Below, piece by piece: positions 19,701-29,265 of a stretch of DNA of 40,786 nucleotides (positions within the stretch are counted from its first letter, which is position 1; each line of letters begins with the position of its first letter). This DNA is from Candidatus Sericytochromatia bacterium (GTDB lineage: Bacteria; Cyanobacteriota; Sericytochromatia; S15B-MN24; JAQBPE01). The stretch covers positions 23,652 to 64,437 of the forward strand of contig JBBAPZ010000018.1 of the NCBI GenBank assembly GCA_040400605.1, in the 5' to 3' direction. Below the pieces are notes generated by a model, which was given only the letters and a program-made list of their open reading frames with translations, was not told the DNA's origin and did no database searches. The position numbers and the translations under genes were made by a program.

Positions 19701-19838
19701 CACAATGGTCGGAAAATCAACGTCCGGCCACTCATTTGCCCCCAATCCACGGTAGCCGAAGATACCCAGCAGCATCAATACGACAAACAACAGGATAATC
19801 GGGGTCGGCCGCCTGATGGCCCAAGCAGAAATGTTCAT
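16719..19838 (-). CDS. RND efflux permease (AcrB/AcrD/AcrF family)
   Basis: Starts MNISAWAIRRP; GILVDDAIV.LENI, GLVTKNSILLVE, RLRPILMTT. Confidence 0.95.
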   Translation of the reverse strand: MNISAWAIRRPTPIILLFVVLMLLGIFGYRGLGANEWPDVDFPTIVVEVQRAGAAPAELETEVTRHVEDALVGINGLEHIRSTVTDGMSATVAEFKIGTASQAALSEVRDAVARIRQNLPADIQEPSILHPNISGEPFTTYTIASDKRDVAELSRLVDNVVTRELYAVEGVAQVKRLGGLTREIRVELDPVRLRAVGATVEGISAQLKGLNVNVPGGRAMLGGQEQGIRTIGSAPSAEALRARAIALDSGRSVRLDTLGMVSDTFGEVRQIARLNGQRVVAFAVSRAQGSPIVQTEEAVRKRVDELQAKLPPDVRLMLVRTQADGTRASVAASLDALIFGAVLAVAVVYSFLRSFPSTVIAGLAIPLSVFPTFFVMKYLSYSLNLMTLIGLTLIVGILVDDAIVDLENIHRHIQMGKSPLRAALEATDEIGLAIIATTLTIVAVFIPVAFMPGIPGMFFRSFGLTVAVSVLFSLLVARTLTPLLAAYWLRPHAQEHIETEPAYQKAYLRWLAVALRHRAVTLGLAGIIFAGSLTLVPYLPKGLMGSDENAEVEVTIQLPTGSSLSDTDQAVREMTRRLMARDDVKNVFATIGGLSTSEAWFGNTGATVSYAKATVVLKGAPVRKLGVKEWVTEVSPQMADIPGARIAMIAKGATGAGKPVSLILRGTDHLALEQASDRLLVEMRQLPELRDVTSSLSELKPELQIVPRGESAAMHGLTVAQIGQTARLATQGDVDFQLAKFNAGDRQINIRVSLPESQRADLATLNNLMLSGAHGLVPLRSVADIRMGFGPVQINRYDRVRQVTLSANLNGDTALGDALARVQKCSALSQLPEGVTQDTLGDSEIINDVFYGFGVSIGFGILLIYVVLILLFGGFMQPLTIMMALPLSIGGALAGLLLANKEMGMMALIGILMLMGLVTKNSILLVEYTQMARREGLSRAEAILRSGRDRLRPILMTTIAMIAGMFPIALSWGKGTEILSPMAVAVIGGLTTSTLLTLLVVPVTYTVVDDLQQWALGLWQKRHRLQKDAPRGRDIVAPL

Positions 19839-20135
19839 GGTGTGACGTGGAACTCCGATTGAGGCGTTGCGCTGCTCAGAAACGGCGTAAAAAGCCCTTT
19901 TGGATAACCATGCTTGAGTGTACACGCAACTATTTTGCGGGTCAAAATAACTGCAACAATACGCCACGAACGAAACCGTGAGCAGCCGATGCCATCAAAT
20001 GGGCACTGTAGCCGCTGAACAAGATTTGGTTATGGCGTCGGTCATTTTTGTTTAACTTAACCGTTTTTGGGCTGGTCTTAAACCCGTGTGTTCGTTTATA
20101 GTGACATATCGCACAAAAATTCAAGGGTTGGGTGA

Positions 20136-21449
20136 ATGAAGACGAATGTGCTCGTTGGTGTTGTTAACGTGAGACGTTCGGCTGTGCTCGGTGTGCTGGG
20201 CTGGTGTTTGTGGGCTGCGCCGGCAGCGGCCAATTCGTTGGATGACTTGCTGCGTGCGAGCCTTGCGACGCACCCGGCGTTGGTGGCATCCGAGGCGCGT
20301 GTGGCGGCAAGTGCCGCGAATGTGGGTTTGTCGCGGGCTCCTTGGTGGCCGCAGGTGGGGCTGAATGGTCAGACGGCGCGCACGACGTCAGTATCTCAGG
20401 CACAAAATACGGTTCAGCCGTTTAATCTGTCGCAGGGGGGCATCAATGTGCGGCAGCAGTTGTATGACTTTGATCGCACACGATTTGAGGTGGATGTGGC
20501 GATCGCCAACCAGGACCTGGCCACTTTTCAGGCCCGGCAACAGGCGGTGGACATCGCTTTTCAGATTCGGCGTGCCTACATTTTGGTATTGCAGCAGGAA
20601 GCCTTGCTTGAGCGTGCCCGGGCCCGCTTGAATGCGGCGACAACGCTCACGCGTCAGGCGCAGGCCTTTTACGCGGCCGGGAAGCGCCCGAAACTGGATG
20701 TTTTGCGGGCAGAGGCGGCGCGTGCGCGCAGTTTGGCTGAACAGGTGGATGCCCAGCAGGCACTGTCGATTGCGCGGGCGGATCTTCGCTGGTCCTGCGG
20801 CGGCAAAACCCTCCCCGCCCAAACCTTGAGTTGGCCTATCACCGCCCCGTGGTTGCTCAAATTGGTCAAGACCGGCAACCCAAACTGGATGCCCCGTCAT
20901 CCGAGTTACCGGTTGTTTCAGGGGCGCCTGGTGCTTCAAAAGGCACGCGAAGCCTCGGCGAGCCGCTCTGCCTGGCCGGAGATTTCAGCTGACATCAATT
21001 ACGGCTTGCGCACCCGTGACGATGAGATCAGCCAGAACTGGTTCACGGGACTCAGTGTGAACGCACCGATTTTCACGGGCTTTGCCGAAACCCGCCGCAC
21101 CGAAGCCGCCAAATGGGATTACCAGGCGGCGATTGCTGCCATGGAAGCCGAACTGGCCCGACTGCAAAATGAAGCGCAACGCGCCATCGCCACTTACCAA
21201 GGCGCTGAAGCCCGATTACCAGCCGTTCATGTCGCTTTGGCAAGTGCGGAAGAAGGATTGCGCATGGCGCAGGCACGTTATCAGGCAGGCGTTGGGTCCC
21301 TGGTTGAATTGAATGATGCGGAAATCTTCCTGAACGCTGCGCGCCAAGAGGTGGTGCGGGCGCAGGCTGCGCGGTATTTGGCACTGGCGGACTGTCTGCG
21401 TGCCTGGGGCTTGACGGGTATCAATCAGCCAAACGAGGAGGCATCGTGA
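20136..21449 (+). CDS. TolC-family outer membrane efflux protein
   Basis: Signal peptide, ATHPAL, two OEP repeats, ARYQAGVGSLVELNDAE. Confidence 0.9.
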   Translation: MKTNVLVGVVNVRRSAVLGVLGWCLWAAPAAANSLDDLLRASLATHPALVASEARVAASAANVGLSRAPWWPQVGLNGQTARTTSVSQAQNTVQPFNLSQGGINVRQQLYDFDRTRFEVDVAIANQDLATFQARQQAVDIAFQIRRAYILVLQQEALLERARARLNAATTLTRQAQAFYAAGKRPKLDVLRAEAARARSLAEQVDAQQALSIARADLRWSCGGKTLPAQTLSWPITAPWLLKLVKTGNPNWMPRHPSYRLFQGRLVLQKAREASASRSAWPEISADINYGLRTRDDEISQNWFTGLSVNAPIFTGFAETRRTEAAKWDYQAAIAAMEAELARLQNEAQRAIATYQGAEARLPAVHVALASAEEGLRMAQARYQAGVGSLVELNDAEIFLNAARQEVVRAQAARYLALADCLRAWGLTGINQPNEEAS

Positions 21450-22630
21450 AAAAATTGATCCTGGCCCTTGGTTTGGTCTTGTTCTTGCTGCCCGCCTGTG
21501 ACAAACAGGATGCGGACACACGCAAGACCAATCCCGCGCCCAAAGCGACACCTTTGCCTGTGACGCTTGCGCCTGCCCTAAAGCAGGACTGGCCGCGCAT
21601 GCTTGCCTTAAACGCCGAGTTGCTGCCCGGTCAGCGAACCGTCTTGAGTTTGCGGCAGTCAGGCATCTTGCACGCAATCCACGTTAAATTGGGAGAGCAG
21701 GTGAAAGCGCGCCAGCTGTTGGCGGAGGTGAGCAGTCCGGATATCGATGCCAGGCGGCAGCAGGCCGAGGCGGCTGTGGAAGAGGCGCGTGCGCGTGTGA
21801 AGCAGAGACGCCTTGATGCGCGTTTGGCTGCGTTGCAGGCGACGCGTGATCAAAAGTTGAGTCAGGCTGATCTCATTGCGCGCCAAGATGCCGAGCTCTC
21901 CGCCGTTCGCGCGGAAACCCTGGCTGCGGAACTGACGGTTGCAACCGCTGCACTGAAGCGCCAGCACGGCGCTTTGGCGGAAGCGCTGAGCGCGCAGGAA
22001 GCACTGCGATTATACGCCCCCTATGCAGGCACGATCGCTGAGGTGCAGCAACAGGTGGGTAGCGTCACTGGGCCCAATACCCCTTTGCTGACGTTGGTTG
22101 CAACCCGGCCCTTGCTGGTGCAGATCCGTGTGCCGGAGCAGGATTGCGCGATGCTGAAAGTGGGCCTTGAGGTTCCTTTTTCGGTTGATGCGTTGGGCAC
22201 TCGTGTCTTGCAGGCGCGTTTGAAGCGACTCTCACCGGTGATCGATTCTGTGAGCCGTACCTTGACGGTTGAGCTGGAAGTGATGGATCCGCCGGAAAAT
22301 TTGCGTCCGGGCATGTTTGCCCGCATCCGGTTGCCGCTTCAGGCATTGAAGGGGATTTGGGTGGTGCCGTCTGAGGCCGTGGCGCGCCGAGGTGATGCCA
22401 TTGGCGTGTTTGTGGCGCGGGGGGGTGTGGCGCAGTTCGTGCCCGCGACGGTGACGCGTCTGGATACCTGGCTGAGTGGGGTGTCGGGGGCTTTGCGTGC
22501 GGGCGATCGCGTGGTTGTTAAAGGGTCGCATCTGGTGGCGGATCAACAAGCCATCGATGGCGATCAAAAGCCTGCTACCAAGCGATCCCGCACGCACGAA
22601 AGGGATAAGCCGGAGGGTCACCACCATTGA
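21446..22630 (+). CDS. RND periplasmic adaptor (membrane fusion lipoprotein)
   Basis: Lipobox LLPAC, lipoyl half VKLGEQVKARQLL, APYAG, LRPGMFAR, VPSEAV. GTGA overlap with the TolC-family gene. Confidence 0.92.
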   Translation: MKKLILALGLVLFLLPACDKQDADTRKTNPAPKATPLPVTLAPALKQDWPRMLALNAELLPGQRTVLSLRQSGILHAIHVKLGEQVKARQLLAEVSSPDIDARRQQAEAAVEEARARVKQRRLDARLAALQATRDQKLSQADLIARQDAELSAVRAETLAAELTVATAALKRQHGALAEALSAQEALRLYAPYAGTIAEVQQQVGSVTGPNTPLLTLVATRPLLVQIRVPEQDCAMLKVGLEVPFSVDALGTRVLQARLKRLSPVIDSVSRTLTVELEVMDPPENLRPGMFARIRLPLQALKGIWVVPSEAVARRGDAIGVFVARGGVAQFVPATVTRLDTWLSGVSGALRAGDRVVVKGSHLVADQQAIDGDQKPATKRSRTHERDKPEGHHH

Positions 22631-25600
22631 GTTTCGCGCGTTTGGCGATCGCCCGCCCGGTGGCCTGTGCGGTCTTCTTTTTAATCGTTTCGCTGTTTGG
22701 TTTGTACGCTTACGTCCGCTTGCCGGTTGACTGGTTGCCGGATGTTTCCTATCCCGTCGTTTCAATCAGCACCGAGTACCCAGGCGTGGGCCCCGAGGAC
22801 ATTGAGCGCGAACTCACCATCCCGATCGAGGAAGCGGTGTCGGCGGTTGAGGGGCTGGAAAGCCTCGGGTCCAGCTCCAGTGAAGGCCGTAGCACGATTC
22901 GCTTGGGGTTTCGCTGGGGCCGGAATCTCGATCATGCCACGGATGACATTCGGCAGCGCCTGGATCGCGTCCGCGGTCGCCTCCCCGCAGGAGCCGGCAG
23001 TCCAACTCTGTTTCGCTTCGACCTGACCGCGCTACCGATCATGTATGTTGCGGTTTCTGGCACGGACGATGAAATGCTGTTGCGAAGGCTCGCTCTTCAG
23101 AGCATCAAACCCCGTCTTGAGCGCATCAATGGGGTGGCCGCGGTGGAAGTCAGAGGTGGTTTGACGCGTGAAATCGTTATTGAACCGGACATTGGACGTT
23201 TGAGTGGTTTTGGCTTGAGTTTGCAGAATTTGGGAACCGCACTGGTAGCCAATAACCGGGACAAGTCCATTGGCGTGATCCCGGAAGGGGCAATTGTGCG
23301 TGACTGGCGTCTGATTGGGTCGTATGACTCGGTTGAGGCGATTGCCCAGACGCCGATTGGCGTGAGAAGCGGCCGGCCGTTGCGCATGCAAGACGTGGCC
23401 ACCGTGCGTGATACCGTGGCGGAACGGAGCCAACTGGTGCGGGTGGATGGGCGCAGTGGTCTGGCGATGGCCATCAGCAAGCAGTCTGGCACCAATACCG
23501 TGCAGGTTGCCGATCGGGTCCGTCAGGAATTGATCGCGATCAATCGTGATGTACCCGGCGTCAAAGTGGCCGTGATCAGCGACAACAGCCGTTTCATCCG
23601 CCGTGCGATGGGTGATTTGACGCGGGACCTCTGGATTGGCGGCCTGCTGGCGGCCATGGTGATACTGGTCTTTTTGCGACACCTGAACAGCACGTTGGTC
23701 GTTGTGAGCGCGATTCCGATCAGCCTGGTCGCCACGTTTGGGATGATGCATCTGCTCGGGCTTTCGCTTAACTCAATGTCCCTTGGTGGTTTGGCCTTGG
23801 GTCTGGGTCGTCTGGTCGATGATGCGATTGTGGTCATCGAAAACATTCACCGTCATCGTCGCATGGGCGCATCCGTTTTGGATGCCGCGCTAAAGGGCAC
23901 CGAAGAAGTGAGTTTGGCGGTCTTGGCATCGACGGCCACCACCTTGGCGGTTTTTGTCCCTTTGTTGATACTCAGTGGCATGACTGGGGTTTTGTTCCAT
24001 CAGTTGGCGTTGGTGGTGATTGGCTCTTTGTTGTGTTCCCTGCTCGTGGCGCAGGCACTCATTCCGATGCTGGCTGCCCACGCGCCCGGGGTGGGTGAAC
24101 CGGTGGCTGATCGCCTGGCACTCAGCCAATGGATCGCCGCTCGCTTGAACCGACTGGAGCAAGTCTACGCGCGGGGGTTGAAATGGGCATTGACCCACGG
24201 CGTGGCGGTGGTGCTGGTGAGCGCCACGGTGACGGGCTTGGGTGCTTGGGGCTTGAGTCGGATTGGTTCCGCGTTGATGCCGGTTGCAGATGAGGGGGAA
24301 GTGCGCGTCACCATTGAGTGTGCGCCCGGTGCGCGGCTGAACGTGCTGGACCAGGAATTGAAAAAGGCCGAGCAACTGATCCGCCGACAGGTTCCTGAGG
24401 CCAAGAGTGTCATTACAAGCGTCGGCCTGCGTGGTCTTGGCACCAACAATGGGACCCTGCTCATTCTGCTGAAACCCGCCACAGAGCGTCGGCGCACGAG
24501 CATGGCGATCGCTCGCAGCCTGCGGCGAGAACTCGCCACCTGGCCCGGTGTCAGCGCGAGTGCAACCGCCAGTGGTGGCAATCGATTTTTGTCTATGCTC
24601 ACAGGTGGTGGTGCTGCGCAAGTGACGGTTCAGATTCGGGGTGAGGATCCACAAGTGGCTGCCAAGCTCGCTGAAGATGTGCTTGGCGTCATGCAGGCAG
24701 ACCCCAACCTCGCCAACGCCGGCTTGCAGGAGCAACCGGGGCAGCCGGTCAGCCGTTTGCGTCTTGACCCGCTCAAACAGGCCAGCAACGGGGTCTTTGT
24801 CGACCAAGTGGCCAATGCGTTGTCCGCCTCCGCCAACGGTTGGCGGGCAAGCCTGTTTCGGGAGCCGGACGAGACCCTGGATATCTGGATTCGTCTACCA
24901 AAAAAGCAGAGCGAAGACACCCAGACTTTGCTCAACTTGCCGGTCACCACGGGTGCCGATTCTACCTTGCCGTTGGGGACACTCGTGCGTGTTGATGAGC
25001 ACAGCGGGCCCAGCGTGTTGACACGGGACAACCAAAGTCGCATGGTTGAGGTCGGGGCCGAATGGGCCGGTGAGGACCTCGACAAGGGCTTGAATGACCT
25101 GAAAGCCAGTTTGTCGCGCCTGGGGTGGCCACGCGGTTTCAGTTATGCCTTTGGCGGGGATTTTGAGGCCGCCGAACGCTCAAAGTTTGAGTTCAGGTTG
25201 GCGTTGGGCTTTGCTTTGCTGTTACTGTACCTGGTGATGGCGGCGCAGTTCGAATCCTGGATTGATCCTTTGGTGATTCTGTTTGCCATTCCTGCTGCGA
25301 TCAGCGGTGTCGCCGCCAGCATGCTGCTCACACAAACGAGTTGGACGATGCAAGCCGGCATCGGTGTTATCGTGTTGGCGGGCATCGCCGTCAGCAACGG
25401 GATTGTCTTGGTGGATCGCATGAACCAGTTACGGCGACAAGGCGCTCTGTCCTTGTCGGATGCGATTCAGACCGCTGCGAGCACGCGTATGCGCCCCGTC
25501 TTGATGACCAGCATGGTAACCATTCTCGCCCTGTTGCCCATGGCTTTTGCGCTCGGCGAAGGTGCTGAGTTGCAGAGTCCTATGGCCCGCGTTGTGTGCG

Positions 25601-25680
25601 GTGGTCTGCTCAGTTCCACGGCTATCACCTTGTTTCTGATTCCCGTTTTGTACGCCTGGGTTCATCGCAAGGAGAATTGA
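22627..25680 (+). CDS. RND efflux permease (AcrB/AcrD/AcrF family)
   Basis: AIARPVA, GRLVDDAIVVIENI, GIAVSNGIVLVD, RMRPVLMTS. Confidence 0.95.
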   Translation: MSFARLAIARPVACAVFFLIVSLFGLYAYVRLPVDWLPDVSYPVVSISTEYPGVGPEDIERELTIPIEEAVSAVEGLESLGSSSSEGRSTIRLGFRWGRNLDHATDDIRQRLDRVRGRLPAGAGSPTLFRFDLTALPIMYVAVSGTDDEMLLRRLALQSIKPRLERINGVAAVEVRGGLTREIVIEPDIGRLSGFGLSLQNLGTALVANNRDKSIGVIPEGAIVRDWRLIGSYDSVEAIAQTPIGVRSGRPLRMQDVATVRDTVAERSQLVRVDGRSGLAMAISKQSGTNTVQVADRVRQELIAINRDVPGVKVAVISDNSRFIRRAMGDLTRDLWIGGLLAAMVILVFLRHLNSTLVVVSAIPISLVATFGMMHLLGLSLNSMSLGGLALGLGRLVDDAIVVIENIHRHRRMGASVLDAALKGTEEVSLAVLASTATTLAVFVPLLILSGMTGVLFHQLALVVIGSLLCSLLVAQALIPMLAAHAPGVGEPVADRLALSQWIAARLNRLEQVYARGLKWALTHGVAVVLVSATVTGLGAWGLSRIGSALMPVADEGEVRVTIECAPGARLNVLDQELKKAEQLIRRQVPEAKSVITSVGLRGLGTNNGTLLILLKPATERRRTSMAIARSLRRELATWPGVSASATASGGNRFLSMLTGGGAAQVTVQIRGEDPQVAAKLAEDVLGVMQADPNLANAGLQEQPGQPVSRLRLDPLKQASNGVFVDQVANALSASANGWRASLFREPDETLDIWIRLPKKQSEDTQTLLNLPVTTGADSTLPLGTLVRVDEHSGPSVLTRDNQSRMVEVGAEWAGEDLDKGLNDLKASLSRLGWPRGFSYAFGGDFEAAERSKFEFRLALGFALLLLYLVMAAQFESWIDPLVILFAIPAAISGVAASMLLTQTSWTMQAGIGVIVLAGIAVSNGIVLVDRMNQLRRQGALSLSDAIQTAASTRMRPVLMTSMVTILALLPMAFALGEGAELQSPMARVVCGGLLSSTAITLFLIPVLYAWVHRKEN

Positions 25681-25682
25681 CC

Positions 25683-26645
25683 GTGTGCGTGGTGGGTCGC
25701 TATGCCCCCTCTCCCACAGGGGATTTGCACCTGGGCAATTTGCGGACGGCACTGGTGGCTTGGCTGGCAGCACGCGCAGCAGGTGGGCGGATTTATTTGC
25801 GTATTGAGGATTTGGATCCGCCCCGCGTGATTCCGGGTGCGGAAGCACGCATGCGGGAATTGCTGGATTGGTTGGGCTTCGACTGGGACCCCCTTCCACA
25901 TGAATTGGGTCCGTCACGCCAAAGCGAACGACAGGACTTGTATCGACAGGCACTCAAACAACTGGCGCATGCCAATCGCCTCTATGCCTGTACGTGTACG
26001 CGCTCCGAGCTTCAACGCCTGGCTTCCGCCCCCCACGCATCAGAGGCTGCCCCGGCTTACCCGGGCATTTGTCAAAACAAAGGCCTGCCACTCGACCTAA
26101 CCGATCCCAAACGCGCCCAGGCGATACGCTTTCGCGTTGAACCTGGTCTGTGGCATTTCAACGACTATATTTTTGGTGTCTATGAACAGGATGTCCTGAA
26201 TGCGGTAGGGGATTTCGTCATTCGACGCGCGGATGGCTTGTTCGCGTATCAGTTGGCTGTTGTCGTGGACGATGCCTTGATGGGCATCAACCAGGTTGTG
26301 CGTGGCGCGGATCTCTTGGACTCCACACCCCGTCAGATACAGATCCTTGGCGCCCTTGACGCGCCCCTGCCCACCTACGCCCATGTGCCCTTGGTACTTG
26401 ATTCACACGGTCAGCGCCTCGCCAAGCGTGACCAAGCGACAAGCATTGCGCAATTGCGCACCGCTGGCGCGCAACCCGAGCGCCTCCTCGGTCTTTTGGG
26501 TCACTCCCTGGGACTGCTGGATGGCCGCCAACCAACCACACTGGACGCACTGAGAACCCGCTTTGACTGGAACGCCTTAAGCAAACAACCTTGGTCATTC
26601 GATGCCAACGAACACCTGGCGTGGCTGCAAGGGGGGACTTGTTGA
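25683..26645 (+). CDS. gluQ: Glutamyl-Q tRNA(Asp) synthetase
   Basis: GRYAPSPTGDLHLGN, LRIEDLD, CxC zinc site, YQLAVVVDD, VVRGADLL, LAKR. No anticodon-binding domain. Confidence 0.92.
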   Translation: MCVVGRYAPSPTGDLHLGNLRTALVAWLAARAAGGRIYLRIEDLDPPRVIPGAEARMRELLDWLGFDWDPLPHELGPSRQSERQDLYRQALKQLAHANRLYACTCTRSELQRLASAPHASEAAPAYPGICQNKGLPLDLTDPKRAQAIRFRVEPGLWHFNDYIFGVYEQDVLNAVGDFVIRRADGLFAYQLAVVVDDALMGINQVVRGADLLDSTPRQIQILGALDAPLPTYAHVPLVLDSHGQRLAKRDQATSIAQLRTAGAQPERLLGLLGHSLGLLDGRQPTTLDALRTRFDWNALSKQPWSFDANEHLAWLQGGTC

Positions 26646-26659
26646 GCCGCAGCAGCCGC

Positions 26660-27562
26660 TTAAAAACCCGCAGCGCTTAACGCTTTGTCCGCATCAATCA
26701 GATAGGTTTCAAACAACGATTCGCCGCGGCTTTCTTGAATGAGGTTGGCTTTGCGCCAGTCGTTGCGGGCTTGTGTGAGATCGCCGTCTTTTCGCAGATT
26801 CGCATAAAATGCCACGAGCAACCGACCCATTTCAAGGTCTGGGTCGTTTAAGGTCGCCATGCGGCGCCATCCCAGGTTCGCTGCGGTTGCATCCACATAG
26901 TTCTTGAAATCGGCCGCGAACTGCTGTTCCGATTCTTGCAGTTTGCCAAATGCGATCGCCCGCAGTTTCAATTGTTGCGGACTCGGTGTTGGCGGCAGGC
27001 TGATAACCGGAATGGGCTTGAATACCACCGGCGCACTGGTCTGAACGACCACCGGCTTTGGACTGGGGTTTGCAGCGATTGCCTGAGACGTCACGACGAA
27101 CATTGGCGTCGTCAACGCTGTCACGATCGCATCGTGACGGCCTGCGCGAGCCAACTCCAGCGCACGGAAGCCCCGGGCATCGCGTAGCTGGGGGTTGGCC
27201 TTGCCTGCGAGGAGTTCCTTGACCGCATCGAGATGCCCTTCTTGAGCGGCCCAAATGAGCGCACTGTAGCCACCCTTGTCAACCAGATCGGGGTTGGCAC
27301 CCGTTTGAAGTAACGCCCGCACGGCCTCGGTACGACCATGCTGCGCGGCCCAGATCAAGGCCGTATAACCTTCCGCGTCCTGATGATCAAGTCGCGCCCC
27401 TCTGCCTAACGCGAACTGCAACTTGTCCAGACGACCGTTGGCTGCGGCGGCCACCAGATCCTCCTGCGGGCCTGCCCACGCCGATGAGGCTTGCACACTC
27501 CACAAAGCACCCATCACCACCAGCGCCAAACACCAACGGCTACCCATACCTTCTCCCATCAA
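26660..27562 (-). CDS. Secreted ankyrin-repeat protein with an unknown C-terminal domain
   Basis: Signal peptide (SSAWA), GYTALIWAAQHG, GYSALIWAAQEGH, GFRALELA, Pro-rich linker. Confidence 0.85.
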   Translation of the reverse strand: MMGEGMGSRWCLALVVMGALWSVQASSAWAGPQEDLVAAAANGRLDKLQFALGRGARLDHQDAEGYTALIWAAQHGRTEAVRALLQTGANPDLVDKGGYSALIWAAQEGHLDAVKELLAGKANPQLRDARGFRALELARAGRHDAIVTALTTPMFVVTSQAIAANPSPKPVVVQTSAPVVFKPIPVISLPPTPSPQQLKLRAIAFGKLQESEQQFAADFKNYVDATAANLGWRRMATLNDPDLEMGRLLVAFYANLRKDGDLTQARNDWRKANLIQESRGESLFETYLIDADKALSAAGF

Positions 27563-27678
27563 CGATTCAGGTTGAACCCATCCGGTATTCTACCCTACCA
27601 GTCCCAAGCTTAATCCTAAATCCGCCTCCCCGCCGTAGTCTGTGATCAGCGCATGCTGAAACGTTCCTTGGTTACCAG

Positions 27679-27728
27679 TTGTTTGACGGGCAAGCATCGC
27701 CATCGCTGAACACTTGCCCGTCAAACAA
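27679..27728. repeat. Perfect 16-bp inverted repeat (hairpin without a downstream U-tract)
   Basis: TTGTTTGACGGGCAAG (27679-94), 18-nt loop, CTTGCCCGTCAAACAA (27713-28). Confidence 0.8.
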
Positions 27729-27779
27729 AAAGCCAGAGTGTCGATACGACACCCTGGACGATATTTTTAGCGTCTGCGA

Positions 27780-28322
27780 CTACTTTGCGACGGTGACGAA
27801 ACTTTTGAGATCAACCCGCTTGCTGGCCGCCGTCGCGCCCGACAGCAATGCCAAACCACTCCCCACGGCAAAGCCGATGCCCGCGCCTGCAAGTACCAGT
27901 GGCGTCCACGGAATCGCGCCAAGCGCCGGCAAGAACAACGAACCGGCCGCCGCAATACTCCCACCGATAATGCCTGCTCCAGCACCAATCGCTGTCGTTG
28001 ACAAGATACCAACCTTGGCGGCCGGACGATTGGCACCCTCACGGAAGGTGTTAATCTGATTCAATGGCTTCTCACTCACCCGACCCGCTTCACCCTTGTA
28101 CTGCACCGGGGTACCCTTGCGCAAACCCTTCAGATCCAAACCCCGACCCGCCAAATACAGATTGTCTTCACCAATCTGAAAACGCACGCTATCCGCGCCA
28201 CTCAACTTGGCCATCGCCGCTGCCGTATCTTCAAAACCTTCCTTGACCCTGACCACCACCGACGGGCTCTTGCTCGTTGCCTGAACATCCTCGATCCGTA
28301 CAGGATTCACTGACCTGGGCAT
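27780..28322 (-). CDS. Hypothetical protein with a C-terminal Gly-rich hydrophobic hairpin
   Basis: AAGGAG SD before ATG 28322. GAGAGIIGGSIAAAG...LAGAGIGFAVGSGLA. Confidence 0.8.
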   Translation of the reverse strand: MPRSVNPVRIEDVQATSKSPSVVVRVKEGFEDTAAAMAKLSGADSVRFQIGEDNLYLAGRGLDLKGLRKGTPVQYKGEAGRVSEKPLNQINTFREGANRPAAKVGILSTTAIGAGAGIIGGSIAAAGSLFLPALGAIPWTPLVLAGAGIGFAVGSGLALLSGATAASKRVDLKSFVTVAK

Positions 28323-29265
28323 CGCAAACTCCTTATTCAATAAGCATCAATGTTAACCGTTAATTATGTATAGAAAAATTTTTGTTTAAACTTGCGGGAT
28401 ATTTGTTTAAGTAAAGATTAAAACTGGAACCATTTGAGTGACCTGAACGCGAAGCTTTTTACAGGGGGAGGCAGCGATTTCATTCGGTGCTTCTTCGATA
28501 TTCCATCAAGTCAAATACTGCTTGAAACGTCCTTGAGATGCTTGTTTGAGGATGCTTCGCACGTCAACCGAAACGACGTGGTTTCTGGATCGAATGTTTT
28601 TCACTGACTGGGTCATCATTTGATTTCCAGGATTTCGTACGGTGAACTGTCGAATGCCCGTTCGGCAGTTCATAGAAGCCGTGCGCCATCGACGAGTGAC
28701 GATTGAAGGCAATCGCCTGGCTGGTGCAGCCCATGACAAAAGAATTGAGGAATATGTCAGCATGCACTGGATGTACGGGATTGAAACTGATCCCCAAAAG
28801 CACGACCCCTTGCCAGGTCGATGGCCAAGGGGTGCGCGCGATTTCAATGACCCTGTCAACAGACGGGAACGGTGAGTTACAACGACCGACGATTCAACCG
28901 GGTATTGAAGGAGCAGGCCGTGTATGTTTCAAATGGTTGAGGATATTAGATACCGAGCGATACAACGAGCAATCGAAAAACACAACGAAAGGGTTCTTGA
29001 GTTCAATGCGGGCAGCAGTTGCGCCATAATAGCCTGTGCCCAACTAAGTCACGGATTCCCAACGACAGTCGATCACGAACCTGGCCGTTCATTGCCCTGT
29101 GGGATTGGCCTCGCTGGCAGTCTTGGGAATCACATCGGCCAAACGGAGTACGACCATTGAGCATCTGACATGGAACGGAACCAATCAGCCAACCACCCAT
29201 GGTTTTTTCAAGATTTTGGTCGATGACGCCAACAGGCCCATACCGTGGACCTGTTGGCGACTGAA

